From Callorhinchus milii (taxonomy: Eukaryota): 64,000 nucleotides of DNA. Every line of letters starts with the position of its first letter. Within the stretch, counting starts at the first letter, position 1. The DNA is taken from contig NW_024704742.1 in the NCBI RefSeq assembly GCF_018977255.1, positions 100,318,001 to 100,382,000 on the forward strand. Direction: 5' to 3'. Positions 12,241 through 26,610 of the stretch are shown here, piece after piece. The notes beneath the pieces are model-generated. The model did not search any database, was not told where the DNA came from, and saw nothing but the letters and a program-made list of their open reading frames with translations. The position numbers and the translations under genes are program-made.

Positions 12241-13311
12241 TTTAAAGTTTTGCAACTATTGAGTTTTTAACTTCATAACTACATATCAATTTGATGGTGG
12301 AACTAGAGACGAGTGAGGAGTGCATTTGGAAAGTCTAGGCAGGAGGTAACAATGATGCCAATAAGGGTTTGGGTAAGATTGGGCAGAGGAAGACAATGTG
12401 ACAAAGGTGAACAAAAGTTGCAGTGAAAGTTGTATCTAGCCCGATGACAGCTGGGCAAATAAACATGCATGTGGGGCTGAAAGGGTTAATCTGCGGAGGA
12501 AGTGTCTGGAATTTGTTCTACCTGCAACTCATTTTTTTTAAAAAAATTGCAATCTTATTGAAGTGGAAGAATTGGATTGTTCTTACATATATATTTTATT
12601 TACTGCCCTTTTTAACCGATAAACATTTCACCATGTTCCTGATTCATATTACAGGCTTGGTGCAATCTGAAATTTAATGCCTCTGTTATATTTTTTCTAT
12701 GTATATGTGTTAAATGATATTCAGTTTTAGTTGAAGCCATCATTTCTGATGGCTCAGCCACCTTTTCTGTGATTGCCACAAACTGACTATTGTCTCATTT
12801 TATAACAAAATAAATGAAGGAAAACAATTTAGCTGCCCATGACAAACCCATATCTTGTGCCTCCCCTGTTTCCTTTGAAACAAAGTATCTCAGCATTCAC
12901 AAAGATAACATTACAGATCCCTTTCACATTTCTGGAACTTCTGGCTATAGCTATTTTACAGCAGATATCTAAAACTGTTCCATTTCCAACTTTTACAAGG
13001 GGTTGAAATAAACTATTACTGTGCTGGAATGTTGACTGTTGAATCCTCAAAGTATAATTCCATCTGATTATAGTTTGTTTGCTTTGCTGACCAAAATGTT
13101 TATGTCGACTGTCAATAGTTTAAAAAACGTATTGTATGTGAAGTGCAAGAGTAGCAAATTGCAATCCCATTTTATGACCAAAGGCTCAGTCTCCAATAAT
13201 ATTTACATTGAGTGTTATGATCTTCTGTTTGATGAACAGCATGATGAAAATTGTATTCTAGTGGTCATATTACATCAACTATAATATTTTAACCTTCACC
13301 CTTTTTATTAG

Positions 13312-13431
<120 letters not shown>

Positions 13432-15823
13432 TAAAATAATAAACCTTAACTGTGGCTTAATTGCCTATTTCCAAGCAAAGAACATACAAAGGCAATGAAT
13501 AAGAAAATGTGATTTAGCCTTTCAAGCATTGTCCTTCCACAGACCAGGCAAAGTCCACCTATTGCCCTCAACCCCCCACGTCACCTTATCTCTGGGGGAA
13601 ATCTCCACAATTTCACTCTGGTCTCTTTTCCTCCACAAACATAAGGTGCAGTAAGTCAGTACACTGACTGACTTGCTCAGACTAGATGCAAACAAATAGT
13701 AAATTATATTAAAGATGTGCTTTTTCAACAAAATGTTAAAATATTTTTGTGGGACTGGAGAAAAAGTTGTTTTCCTGAGATAAATGTTGCTTTATGTGAG
13801 ATACATTTTAGCACAGAAGTGTGCAAGGATTCATTTCAACTGAAGACCCCCACAGTATAAGATTAAAAATGATGGATACATGAAAACATTTTGCACACAA
13901 TTAATGAGTTGAAGTCTTTATGGATTTCTGTCCTTATAAGATGTGAAAGAAATGAGTGATCTTTCATTGTACAACATAAAATCTCTGCATACATCAATAT
14001 GGTGGAACAGTAGGAGGTCTTTCACAATGGAGTTCGCTAAAATATGATCTGTAGCTTTGTGTATTTATATTAGTAGTTTCATTCTAAATTTATGAATGTG
14101 CAGTTCTGACGTTTATTGGATCAAGACTCACAAAACCGCTCTCTTTGCTGCAACACGCTTTGTTTAAATAGAAGGGTTTCTTTAGCTTGCAGATCTCTCC
14201 TCTGGCTTGTGTGCTTTGAAAGCTGTCATAAATCTTTTTAATTTTCTTGCGAAAACAGTGTCAAAACGTGACTCTTCCTTTCTCTGTTCCATCCTCTCCC
14301 CTCTCTTTCTCTCCCCCCACCTGAAGCCATTACATTCTTAACCGAATAGAGGGAGGTCTGAAATCTTGGTCAGTATCTCTCCAAAATCTTAGTGGAGGCC
14401 TGTCGAAACTTTTCTATAACTGTTACATTCACAGGGAAATATCAATGTTTCCCAATAAAATGTCGATGACAATATCCAGCTGTAACTTGCTTGATATCGG
14501 ATGCAATGCATTTGGTGACTTTTGTGCTCGAGTTGCTAATATTTGCAGCTAACGCAAATTGGCTTCACTTCAATCAAAACCATTTTGCCTGCAAAAGCTG
14601 TGCTACTTTTAGTGACCATGAGGAAGGCTATAGCATTTAGATAGTGTTCCATTTCTCCTATTCCCCCTCCCCCAAAACACATACACACCAAACCAGCTTG
14701 TTCTGCTGTTATTAAGTGGCTTTTTGCTGTCTAAAAATGGTCTGTGAGAATTCAGTCAAAAATCTGAAGATCTTCATAATTTCCTGGCAATTGCAGTGTC
14801 TTGTCAGAGGTGGGTGGGGTGAATCTTCAGATGTCTCCATTCCGAATAAGCAAGCTGATTAATTTCTGAGCAATTTTTCAAAGATATGGTGAAAATCTTC
14901 TTAGAAAGCACTTCAGGGTCCAGTTCCATGTAAAAATGATGTCTTGAAGCCATCCAGACCCTCCTACCCACTTGTCAACTCTGGGTTATTTTCAGAAAAC
15001 TACACTTGAGTTCTTTAGCTTCTGCCAAGGGTTATTCCCACAGCTCAGCGATTGGTATGTGAAGTGGGAGAGTATATGGTGGCCAATGTTTGACCATTGT
15101 TTAGTCTAATGGATGTGTGTTTACATCGCCTTTCTAGATTTATGGACAGCACTACCCAAGCAAAGCTGTTTATTCACTTGATAGAGAGGCCTCTTAGCAA
15201 TGGCACCTGTAAATGAGGATTCTATTTTTCCGATCTAGTGATGGTGTTCCAGTGTTGCCAGTCCCAAATAACCAAGATCACAAGACAGTAATGAAAAACA
15301 TCACTGGCTTATATTCAAAAAAATGTTTTTTTAAAAAAGCTTTTATATTCTGCACTTTTTGCAACACTGCACTCTTTTCTACAGCTAAACCTTTTACATG
15401 TGCAAAATCTATTGTTTTTTTTAGAAACATACTTAAAAACTAAATAAAATTGTTCAGGCTCTTTTGTTTACAACTCATATCAAATGTATAAATATATATT
15501 ATATCCAGCGGCTTGGGACGTCTTCCAGATATGAAAGGTGCTATACAAATGTAATTTTGTATTGTATTTTTTATTCTATCAATTTTAAGAATTATTTATT
15601 ATTCTCTCCCAGTTGGTAGCTTGAGTAACTCTTAAAGTCTCCTCTCTAGCTTCTTTTTTCAAGGATGAAGAGCCATTTATTCAGACCACAATGATTCAGA
15701 TTCATTAGACTAATAAAAGGTGGCTTGATGCATCCAGAATGTTCAGTTTGTAATGAGCAAGAGGTTGCTGGTAAAGATGAGCCTGGAAAGGAATAATATT
15801 TAGTATGATTTTGTTTGTTTTAG

Positions 15824-15969
15824 CGTGAGCAAGAAAATGCTATGGCCCGTCTTAAGAGACAGCAACAGGAGCTAGAACACATGAGACTGCGGTATCTGGC
15901 AGCTGAGGAGAAAGAAGTGGTTAAAACCGAGAGACACGAACTGGAGGAGATTAAAAATGAACTTAACAG
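15824..15969 (+). CDS. CEP120: CEP120 penultimate coding exon
   Basis: gttttag|CGT...AG|gtacca; 146 nt, ends phase 2; [48 protein letters not shown](R). Confidence 0.96.
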
Positions 15970-17272
15970 GTACCAGACGCTGGGAAAACCTTCTGTGCAG
16001 CATTTGATCCAGGCTTTGCTCAAGATTTCTATTCTGAGATAAGATGTAAAGTTTAGAACAGAAATCTCGCAAGAATGATGTGCAAATTCTATAGAAAGAA
16101 CCGTAAAGATGAGCATCTGTAGTGTAAAATCCTAAGCATTTTACCCTGAATGGTTTAGCAAAATGGAAACTTTATCTTTTTTATAATGGATAATTTTATC
16201 TCATTTTTAGCAACCAGAAAACATTGAAGGGCCCTGCTTACAATTCCATTTCTATGTTTAACCTGAATGTATTTGAGCCCATTTTTTAATTCTATATAAT
16301 TTTCCATTACAGTAGCTGGATTTTGCTCTTGGATTCGTGTAGCATTCGAATCAGCAGTAGTTTTCATTCCTTTAGTGGCAGATTAAAATGATGGATGGCT
16401 TCAGTCTCTTGCAGTCTCAAGTGCTCTGGGACTCTACCCTGCGTGAGGGGTGCTATATTAATGCAAGTTGTTGTTGCATGAATGCAGTGCTGAAGCTTGA
16501 GACCCAAACAAAGCATCATATCTTAGCAACTTACATTGTGAAGGATCCATACCATTTCACTTTGCTACGATTGCAATCTGACTTACAGGCCACTTTTGTA
16601 TAACTTGCACGAATCGCAGATTCTGCCATTTCCATTATTGAGCTCTGCCTCTACTAGGATAGTCATGCCATACATTCTGCAATTTTGTTACAATCAACAG
16701 TAAAGTTTAAAGTGAAGTTCAGTGAGGTTATTGCCAGCAGGAGACGCCAAACCAAAGCAGAAAATGCAATCTCTACCAGCGCAACAACATCAGTTTGTGT
16801 GAGCCATGTACAAGAGTCAGTTCAAAATTATTCAGGTTGAAGAGGGCAGGTGGGTGAATAGCTCCTAAGCATCTGCCAAGATTGCTCTGAAGCTGTCTGC
16901 TAAGAGGGGTGTGTGCTCAGAATAACTTTCCCTCAGACATCTGCAGTGTACAGGAAGCACTTGGCTTCTGCTTTGCGGATTGCCGCAGTGTTGTGGCTGA
17001 GATTGCCATCTCAGTGTGTACAGATTCCTTCTTCTGCAGTGATTGATACAACACGTACACTGAATGGTTCCTGACAGAAAAAAGAACCTCCATTTTTATA
17101 GTGCTTTGTCTCATTGAAACATCTCATAGTGCTTTACAGTAATTCAGATTTCCTTGTGCTAGCCCTTATATACAAACACATGAAACCCTAAAATGTCTCG
17201 GCTGAGTGTATGATCTATGTGGATGTTTGCATTTCCCTGTTGCCCATGGCTCAGTTCCTCTGCATTTGTCAG

Positions 17273-17510
17273 ATTAAAGCATCAAGAAGAGAAAAAAGAA
17301 GCTATGGAGTTGCAAGATCCTGCCAGTGGGAGGGGAAACAGCCATCGTCATGACCACCCAGATGAGGCCTTGGATGAGTATCTCACTCGGCTCATAGAGG
17401 AGAGGGACACCTTGCTAAGGACTGGGGTTTACACCCATGAAGATCGGATCATCAGTGAACTGGACAGACAAATACGAGAAGCTATGGAAAAGAGGGAGCG
17501 GCATAGATAA
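17273..17510 (+). CDS. CEP120: CEP120 terminal coding exon with stop codon
   Basis: tgcatttgtcag|A TTA...; phase fits the previous exon; ...[46 protein letters not shown], the conserved CEP120 C-terminus. Confidence 0.96.
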
Positions 17511-18154
17511 AATAATGCACCCAGTGAAATCTTTGCACAGACTACAAACACACAAAGACAATTCTTAACCACAGTGCTTAACCATACTGGATTACAACTG
17601 CTGGAGTTTTATTAATCATTACCACTCTGAGGTTTAATTTAGAATGGATTTTGGAATTGATACTAAACTGTTTATTTGAGATTCCTATGAATAGTAAAAT
17701 TGTATAATTTTTATAGTAGCACATGACAATTGTTCAAAGTGTGTGAATCTGATTTCGTTTTATATGTACAGTCTCTTTTCCATAAATGTGTGCATTTTAA
17801 AACATGTAAATAGCTATTAAACTATTTTTCGAGAGTAAATGTATTCAAATTAAAATAATTGTTAATTTATGAAAAAAGGAAAAATCAGCCCCTGGCTGAT
17901 AGAAAAATTACACTCTGGGGTGAAATTTGCAGCATTTCATAACTCAAAAAGTATGTTTTTTTAAATAGAATACATTTTGAAAAGCAATATAACTGAGGAT
18001 AGGCAAAGTATACTGCATTAAGTTCACAACCAGCAGCTCTGGTAAACTTTTGAAGCCCTGCAAAAGTGAGGACCAGACAATTTGACTTTATTCGACTGCA
18101 ATGTGTACACTGATGCTGAAACGTGCATTGCAACCTCAGGAGCTGGAGGTCAAA

Positions 18155-18164
18155 AATAAATAAA
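18155..18164 (+). promoter_or_regulatory. Candidate CEP120 polyadenylation signal (overlapping AATAAA x2)
   Basis: AATAAATAAA about 650 nt after the stop; ATTAAA variants near 17816 and 17849 are alternatives. Confidence 0.35.
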
Positions 18165-19510
18165 TCACTGAAGAATATCCTAACATACATCTGGGTATTT
18201 ATTATTCAACTGAAAATCTACTTACAATGCATGAGGACTTATCAATCTTTTGTGCAACTTTTGTACAATGGTTTATTTTTATAATGCAGCAATTCAGCTT
18301 GTGGTTTCAGTTTATTTTCCATCTAGAGGTCATGTTCTAGTCTTCAAATTATTTCTAGTTTGACTTGTGTGATTTGAAAATCTAGAGGAAAAAAGAACTT
18401 GTAATTTTCGAGGCCACCTCTGAAGTGATTGACTATCAAGTGTGACATTTTTTAGATAAACACACCAACCCTTTATCCCAAACAAACTTCTGTGAATTGA
18501 ATAGAGGATTGGCAGCTAAGAAACTAATCTGCATGAAACTACACTTTTGAAAAATGTGATGGGGTCTTTTATCAGTAAGATGTCAGCTAAATGTCACTTG
18601 ACAATACAGTGCTCCCCCAATAGTGAACAAGAGTGTTGACTTGAACGACAAGCTCAAGTCCTAACAGAGGGTTAGAACTCATAACTTTTTGATTTGGAGG
18701 TAAGAATGCTACCATGAGCCAAACTTTCACACACATCAAGCACCAACATAGAAATATTAATGCCTGAAATCTGCTCCTTTCGTGAAAGGACAGTTGTTAT
18801 TGCAATCCTAGAAGGTATTTCATACTGCATTTAAATTAAGTTGAATGTTTGTACAGATTAATTTCTTGCTGTATATCAAATTACAACATTTGAGAGCGTT
18901 GTCTGAAAAAAGTTGAATACATTCTTCCCAGTATTTTCAATGCAGTTCTTTTTCTGAACTGTTTTACTTTAAGTTTTTCCTTAGGAATTAATCTTGATAG
19001 AATTATGGAGGATAAGAGCAGATCAGTGGCACTCTTCTTGAGTTAAAATGGTGAGATGTGACTTATCTCTGCTTCTCTCCCCCAAGAATCCAGTGGAGAC
19101 TGGACTACTTCAGCAGATCCTGCAAAATGGTTATCCTTCACCCCTGGCTAACAGGAGATTATAATAGATCTGAGGAGAAGTAAATACCCCTTGTACCAAC
19201 AATAGAAAAAAATCTAATATCAGCATTGCATAATAATTATGAGAAAACTAAATCATTAAGGCATAGAATAAGCCCACAGTGTACACACAGCCACATCACT
19301 TTACAGTAAATCCTGTCAGGCGTTTTGAGACGACTTGACAATGTGATCCTCCTTCCTGTTAAGTGTTCTGCGATGCTGTCGGTGTGAACGGCGCTACATA
19401 ATTGCAAGTTATTGTATGATAAGGTGCTATATGAAATGTAAGTATTTGTTAAAGTGTAAAATCTCCCACGAATTCAGTTATTTAGGACAAACGTGAAGCT
19501 CCAATACCAA

Positions 19511-19526
19511 TCAGCAGAGGGCGCTG
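19511..19526 (+). promoter_or_regulatory. CTCF core motif
   Basis: TCAGCAGAGGGCGCTG closely fits the CCASYAGRKGGCRC consensus and retains its CpG. Confidence 0.6.
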
Positions 19527-19764
19527 CCTTCTACAAAAATGCACCTGTTCTCGGCATTTCTCTTATTTGTAAAATTGTGGGGTTTGCAATTGTTCCACAT
19601 CAGTGGTTTGTGTGTGTGCAGTGAGTTTCATTTTATATAAATGTAAGAATGCCTCAAAATACTTTCTTGCTGTCAAACTAGTTTGCTCATTTTTAAAAAA
19701 TTGCTATGTGATATTTTATTACCATTATTTTACTATTATTATCTCTTCCTGTGTATGGACTGTG

Positions 19765-20098
19765 TATTTTTGTAGGCGATCATGGCAGTCAATTGGGTAC
19801 AGCAATATCCCTTATGTAGTGAGTAACCAATTTTATTTGGGGGATAGTTTTGGCCAGGACACTGGGAGAAACCCTTGTCTTTTCAAACTGTGGCTTGGGA
19901 TCTTTAATATCCACCCGAATCGGCAGGCGGGACATTCGTTTAACATTACATCCAAAGGACGACACCTCTGAAAATGCAACAGTTGTCAGCACCATATTGG
20001 AGTGTTAGCCGAGGCTGGGAATCAGTCCCTACATGGAGGCTTGAAACCTCAAACATCTGGCTCGGAGGCAAAAGTGCTACCAGTAAGCCAGACTAACA
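19765..20098 (-). mobile_element. Old Deu-domain SINE
   Basis: ggccaggacactgggaga...gggatctttaatatccacc...ggcttgaaacc...gtgctaccagtaagcca, shared with 7361-7811. Confidence 0.7.
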
Positions 20099-20929
20099 CT
20101 AGCTATGAACATGCGTTGATTACAACTAAATATTTCTTGATTTGTGACAAAACAAAATGGTGCACGCCAGCAGCTTGGATCCACGCTGAGAGGTGCAGTT
20201 GACAAAATAGAGATCAAAGCTGAATAAAACAACCCATGGCATTTTATAAGCGTTAAGGTATATTCAACCTGTCGGATGTCAAATGACTCAATAGTGACTA
20301 TCCTCCTGGAGGTGGAGATAATAATAATAATCCTTGCATTTGATATGGTGCCTTATCGCGTCTTTGAGACGTCTCAAAGCGCTTTACAGTATACACTGTA
20401 AAGTGAATTGACTATATTTTGTGGATGAGCTCTCCTTGGAACTGAGCTAATTCCAAGGTGATGCGCTTTGGCAATGAAATGTCAGAATCAGGCCAACTCT
20501 CAGTGGCAGTTTCAGCAGTCCCAATTCCTGAGCCGGGTGTGTCAGCAGTACTCTAGGGCACTACATTTGACAGACCAGCTAGCTGGCTTGTCAACAAGAC
20601 ATGAAGGGGTAAATCAGTCACTGAGAGCAGAAATTCTTCCCACTTGGTTCCTGTTAACCCTACAAGCCAAAGCCTTAATGGGGAAGCTAGATACCGATTA
20701 GCAGCAGGAAGTGGGAGACTGAGCTTGCAATGACAAACTATTGGTCTTAGCTGGTTAAGCTCCAGCAGAACCGCAACACATACTTTGAAGACCATTCAAT
20801 ACTACTTTTGCAGTTTTGGGGCTGCAACACAACCTTGAGGTTTATACAAAGTTCACCTCCTTCTACAGTGTATGAATAGGTTCAATCAGGAATGAATTAA
20901 TCCAATGTAGACTTACACTGGACTGATGG

Positions 20930-21165
20930 AGTCATAGAATCATAGACAATTTATAGCATAGAAAATAAGCTGTTCAGCCCATCATGTCTGCTGGTGCTAG
21001 CTCCCCCAATATAATCTACGCTAATCCCCTTCCCTGCTCTTTTTCCCGTACCCCTTAATTGTTTTTCCCTCAAATATTTATTAATTTCTTTTTATTGCTG
21101 TTATGTTCTCAAATTCAATAGCCGTTTTCGGTAAGGCTTTCCAAATGGTAACAAGCCTCTATCTC
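20930..21165 (-). mobile_element. CR1 3' fragment
   Basis: (CATAGAAT)n tail on the plus strand, followed by CR1 3' UTR and a decayed ORF end. Confidence 0.65.
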
Positions 21166-23752
21166 TGGATAAAAAAAGTCTGTCCTTTGAAAACGTTGCT
21201 ACAAAATGGTTTTGACTTCGATTGTCAGAACTTATATCTGGCATTTATCCCATCTAGATGTCCAGGTCATCTTTAACTGCATCGCCTTTGATATTAGTAT
21301 CAGCCTCTGAAGTTATCCTTTTATGCCAGTAGCTATCAGTTCCAACAGATTCTAGAGGTCTTTATTCTGGGAGACCAGTCTCAAAGTGAGTGGTATTATC
21401 ATTTTTGATTTATTAAAGGTACAATTGGATCCTCTGAACCTAAGGAAGAGGATGGAACCATTTGTTTCCACCGTTCCAATTCTGGAGAGATTTATTTTGA
21501 CTTGAACGCCAGCATTGCAGCAAAACTGAGCAATACTAGCCCAGGAAAACTTTCCATCAACCTTGTTTTCATTTAGATTTGGTGGACCTTTTGTACATTC
21601 CTAAGGTTTGCAAGATTTCCATTTTTTCCCCTACAGAAAACTCACAATCTGCTATGTGGACACATACGTCAGTTTTCCTTGGCGCTTCTATACAAGCTGT
21701 ACAGTCACTCCAAGCACAGAAAGGACCTTCACTTCACCATATGTAGTTTCCTATTCCATGTGCACTGTACCCCCAGGTGACTTGTTCAAGGTGGTTCCAT
21801 TGCGTCCTCACTCACACATCGGGTAGAATTACACATAGTGTTAAATATAACAGATTGGATTATTCAGGAGGTGTTGGAGGTAGATTGTGCCAGAATATCA
21901 AACAGACCTGTTTGGTAGAACAATGCATTAAGCGTATGCGAGATAGAGTAATATAGAGTTTCTATTAAGTTTTGGGTCAGCCAAATGGACCACAATGGTG
22001 TTTTCTGTATATTTCTATGTTACTTTGTTTTTGACAATTTGAATCGAAATGCCCAGGGAGAGAGATATCAGTGAACACACATTAGGAGGGCTCTTTTCTC
22101 TGTATCCTTTGATATTTTTTGCCCTAGAATTTATAATTTTTTCTCAATATGTACCTCTTTCAATCATTTTTGTCCTTCCCATCCTCCCGTTCCCACCCCC
22201 ACCTTGAGTGACCATCCAGCACTGTCAAGGGTTTTGAGACATCCTCCCAACATGAAAGGGGCTATAAAAATGTAAATTGTATTGTAATAATAATAATCTG
22301 CATTTCATATAGCGCCTTATCACATCATCAAATTCAACAGCTATTTTGTGCAAGGCATTCCAAATGATAACAACCCATCCTAGGTAGTCCATTCTTTATA
22401 TTAAACACTATAATTCTGGAAAATATTTTTGTTGTGATGGTTGAGATGAAGTAAAGTCTCTTTGTACCAGTAAAGTTTCTTTTGAACCTATCTGCAAGGC
22501 ATCTACACAGTGATCCTTCCAGCAGTGGGCTTTTACAGCATCTGCATGCTTTCATGCAGTGTTACTATCTTGATCTGTCACCCACCATAAAGCAATGAGA
22601 ATATGAGTCATCATTCCAGAGACGTGTCAACATACACTTTCATCGCCCTCACTGTTAGAAATTTAATGGAGCTTTCCTTACCTGAGCAGTAATTATTCAA
22701 GAAGTGGGAATCATTCCAAAAGAAACTTATCTTGTAACCAGATTTTAAAAAAATATTTAAAGCTGATCACAAGATTGATGTCCTATTTGTACGGTGCATT
22801 TTGCATCAATTTGAAAATAGTGCTAATTCAGTGCTAAAAAATACAATATAAATCTTGTGATCTTGATCTTACAGATCTTACTGCCTGCCCAAATCACTTT
22901 GAAAAGGTGTTTTTCCCAGGAAGTAAAATTAATAATAATCCTTGCATTTGACATAATGCCTTTCATGTCAGGAGGATGTCTCAAAGTGCTTGAAAGGATT
23001 TATTATAAAATGGAATGACTGTGTTTTGTAAGTGAAGCTGCAGTATAAATATAAATAGAAACTATGCAAATCTTTCAGTCCCAACTGAAAAACGATCCCT
23101 TTAAAGTGTTTGGGCAATTTAAGACATTTTAAGATGCTATTATTAACAGTATTTGAAAAGATGAAGCAGTGAGCCAGCAGTGACTCCAGCAGTGAGCTCA
23201 TGTTGGTGGCGTTCTGTGCAGGCAATTGTTTTTTTCCCACCTGTAGAGATAGCCAGATGTGATGGAAAATATAATTGCTACTTACCATACCTAATTTTTT
23301 TTTACTGCTGAAAGTCTTTTCAAATCATTTCTACTGCAATGAATGGGGGATAAAGGACATATGTCTCTTGGCAAAATCGGCACTTTGGCTCAGTAGTTTG
23401 CAAACTCACCGTACTTAGAACACACACATTCCACGGCAAAGAGTATTCGTCTGGAGAGGTTCCAGGATAACAGTATGGTAAGTAAATGTTAATCAAAATC
23501 TATTAGCAGTAAAATCTTATTCCTGGGGGGCGCAAGATTAAACATGATTCCGTAGGGCCTGTCCCAATTCTTGTTCACTGATTCATTGATTTCATGAAAC
23601 TGCAAATAAAAGTTTTAAGAGTGAATTATGGGCAATAACAAATATGGAGTAAAAAGGAAACCAAGGTTGAAAGGTCTGCCATGATCTATTAAACCGACGG
23701 ACCTTTGAAACCTACTCCTGTTGCTGTATTTTCACTGTTTATTCTGATATTT

Positions 23753-24069
23753 GTGGAGTCCTGTAGCTCAGTGGTTAGAGCACTCGCTTTGCAAGCGAGA
23801 GACCTGAGTTCAATTCCAGTCAGGGCGAAACCTTGGGCAAGTTTCCTTACTCCACACACCTAATAATAATCCCTCCAAAACCAAAAATAATAATAAATTG
23901 GGTCATTTTCAATCTACGACTTACGAATTGCTGTGCGCAATTGGCTGCCGCGTTTGCCCACAAATATACAGTCAATTCACTTTACAGTGTGTTCTGTGAA
24001 GCGCTTTGGGACATCCTCCGGACATGAAAAGCGCTATATCAAATGCAAGGATTATTATTATTATTATTA
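23753..24069 (+). mobile_element. Full-length tRNA(Ala)-derived SINE
   Basis: Same family as 5017-5340; anticodon arm CTCGC-TT-TGC-AA-GCGAG at 23783-23799. Confidence 0.92.
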
Positions 24070-24419
24070 CTTCTAGTCTACATCCAAGACACTGAACTCA
24101 TTTAAAAAACAGCTTCTGTGATGGAAGGATGGAAAACTAGATATTCTGGAAGGTTGAGAACAAATGGACTGAAGGGTCTTTAAGATCCAAATTATTCTTA
24201 TGATAACAACAACAACTTGCATTTATATAGCGCCCTCCATGTCAGATGGCATCTCAGAGAACTTCACAATAATGGATCCCGGGGCCGAGCCACGGGGAGG
24301 GGGAGGAAGGTGACCAAGGTGCGGTCAAAAAGAAAGGTCTTCAGCCGAGCCCTGAAAATAGGAAGAGAAGGGGCGAGGCGAAGGGAGTGAGGAAGGGAGT
24401 GCCAGAGCCTTATGACATC

Positions 24420-24802
24420 TACAATTACAATCTTTGCATTTGGTATAACACCTATTTCATTAATGAAACATCTCCAAGCGTCTCGCAGGATTTACTGTGA
24501 AGTGCAGTGACTGTATTTTGCAAGCAAATTCAGCAGTCAATTTGCACACTGCAGGATCTCACAAGCAGCCATGTTATCTGTAGAATTCTTGGCCAGGACA
24601 TGAGGAAAAACTCCCTTCCCTTTTCAAATAGTACCGTGGGATCTTTAGCACCCACGTAAACCTGCAGACAGGACCTCAGCTTAACATCTCATCTGAAGGA
24701 CTCACCTCTAACTCAACCAGCAATACACTATGAGCTCAAAGTTCCAACAAGTGTTTGAACTGACACAGTGAGAGAAGTGCTACGACCTAAGCCAGGATGA
24801 CA
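24420..24802 (-). mobile_element. Old Deu-domain SINE
   Basis: Core, tail and head similar to 7361-7811. Confidence 0.65.
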
Positions 24803-26610
24803 TTAAGGAATATATATTTTTAAATAATAGCAAAATGTAGGTAGTAAAGTTCGTAATCCAGGATATCGGGATCACTACAATGGTTTGACAACTGTAGAGA
24901 GAGTTAAACCACATAGAAGACTAACAAGTCTATTTATTTCTTAATTCATTTGATTTAATTTTTTGAATGTAATGATCAGTTAAAGCAAACAAATTGAAAC
25001 ACAAACTTCAGCAAACATTAATCGCAGTACTTTCTGCCAACAGCAATCCAGTGCTGTCTGGAATCATTTTAGACAAATAACTGTACACATTTTAGTTAGT
25101 TACATTTTGCAGATTTAAATCACACAAATGACCCTTCTTGCAGAGGTTTCATGTTTCGCACAATTCTCTGATGGGAACTACTCTATAATCTTCTTTAATA
25201 ACACTAAGGCCCACAGTTTTTTTTTACCACTGAACGAAATGTATTCGAGAGCAAGGAACAATCCAAACACATTCTCCCGCACTTCCCAACTTCCACAACA
25301 TTCACTTCTACAAATAAACACGGATTCAAGGAATCAAATTTAAAAAGAGAGATTCTACTTGAATGTTGTTTTTGTGTGTATAATTTTGTTTCCACGCGCT
25401 TGTCGTACATTTTCACTTGTTATACATTTTTCACACATGTTAGACCCTCGCAGACCTCTTTGTACCTGAATCAATGAAACCTGTAATCTCTTTCTCGTAT
25501 ATCTGTCCTTTCCTAGGTTGCTGCTTCTTTCCTATTTTAACAACAACAGCTTACATTTATACAGCACCCTTCATGCCAGAAGCATCTCGGATTGCTTAGA
25601 CTAGAATGATTATTCGGGAGTACTTACTACTGATTAATCACACTAGTCAAATCATACTAGTCTTCCACAGTAATTATTCAGTAATTCATGCTCCAAAAAT
25701 AGTATTTGGCTGGGTTTGTGAATACCTTCTCTACCCCAGTTCTGTTCCCACTGTCCCCACTGCTCTCCTGGCTGAAATGAATGTGCTCATGGGCAAGGGT
25801 TCAAACTTGGTGACTTGATGTTCTGGATTGCTCAGTCCTGGGGTCTTCATCTGCTGATCTACGCTATTTTAAATTAGTTAAATATTTAGATTGAATATTT
25901 GTACTGGACAAAACCTGCTCAAGAGGGAATCAAATCTTCTGGTCCTGTTACTTTCTCCCCATCCCCTAATGGATAGCCGGCAAGTGGGTAGGACATTTCA
26001 TTTCTATGTTTATTTGTCGACCTTTCACGTAAAGATATAATGTTGTGGTAAAATAACTATTGCTGGAAACGAGAATTGTTCTTGCATGCATTTATACTAA
26101 ATAGATTTAATTTCTCTCTGCTGCCATATTTGAACTGTTTTCTTTAGAAATATTTTCACAGATGTTTGCTTACCAGATACAAAGGCTGTGCGAGCAAGAG
26201 TGGCTCTGAACCTTGGCATTCCGGGTAAAAATAAAATGGAGGGACTGTTTATTATTGTGAGTACTGTTTTACAATGATAGGATTTATTGGGCTGGTGATA
26301 TTTTATTGGCAAATATATTGTGCGTAGGAAATGCTGNTTTTTTTAAAAGATGGTTTAACTTTTACAGTTTTCACATCGAAAGATCACCAGAGTTTGTGTG
26401 GAGTTAAAGATCTCAATGGACATGGATGGGTTTTGAACATTTAGTGTGTTTATTTTGTAACAACAACTTGTATTTATATAGTGCCCTTCATGCAGGATAG
26501 GCCTCGGAGCGCTGTGTGCCGGGATTGGACTCCAAGCAAGAGAAAAGGGGGTGCGAGAGAGGTATTGTCAAAGAGGTGAGTCTTCAGGCTGGACTTGAAG
26601 ATAAATAATG

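Noticed and set aside
15970..16042. Alternative CEP120 C-terminus by intron read-through
   Set aside because: A canonical donor and a conserved, in-phase terminal exon exist; a short open run into the intron is expected by chance
23755..23830. tRNA-Ala(TGC) gene
   Set aside because: The tRNA-like sequence is the head of a multi-copy SINE: poor acceptor stem, continuing into SINE body and tail
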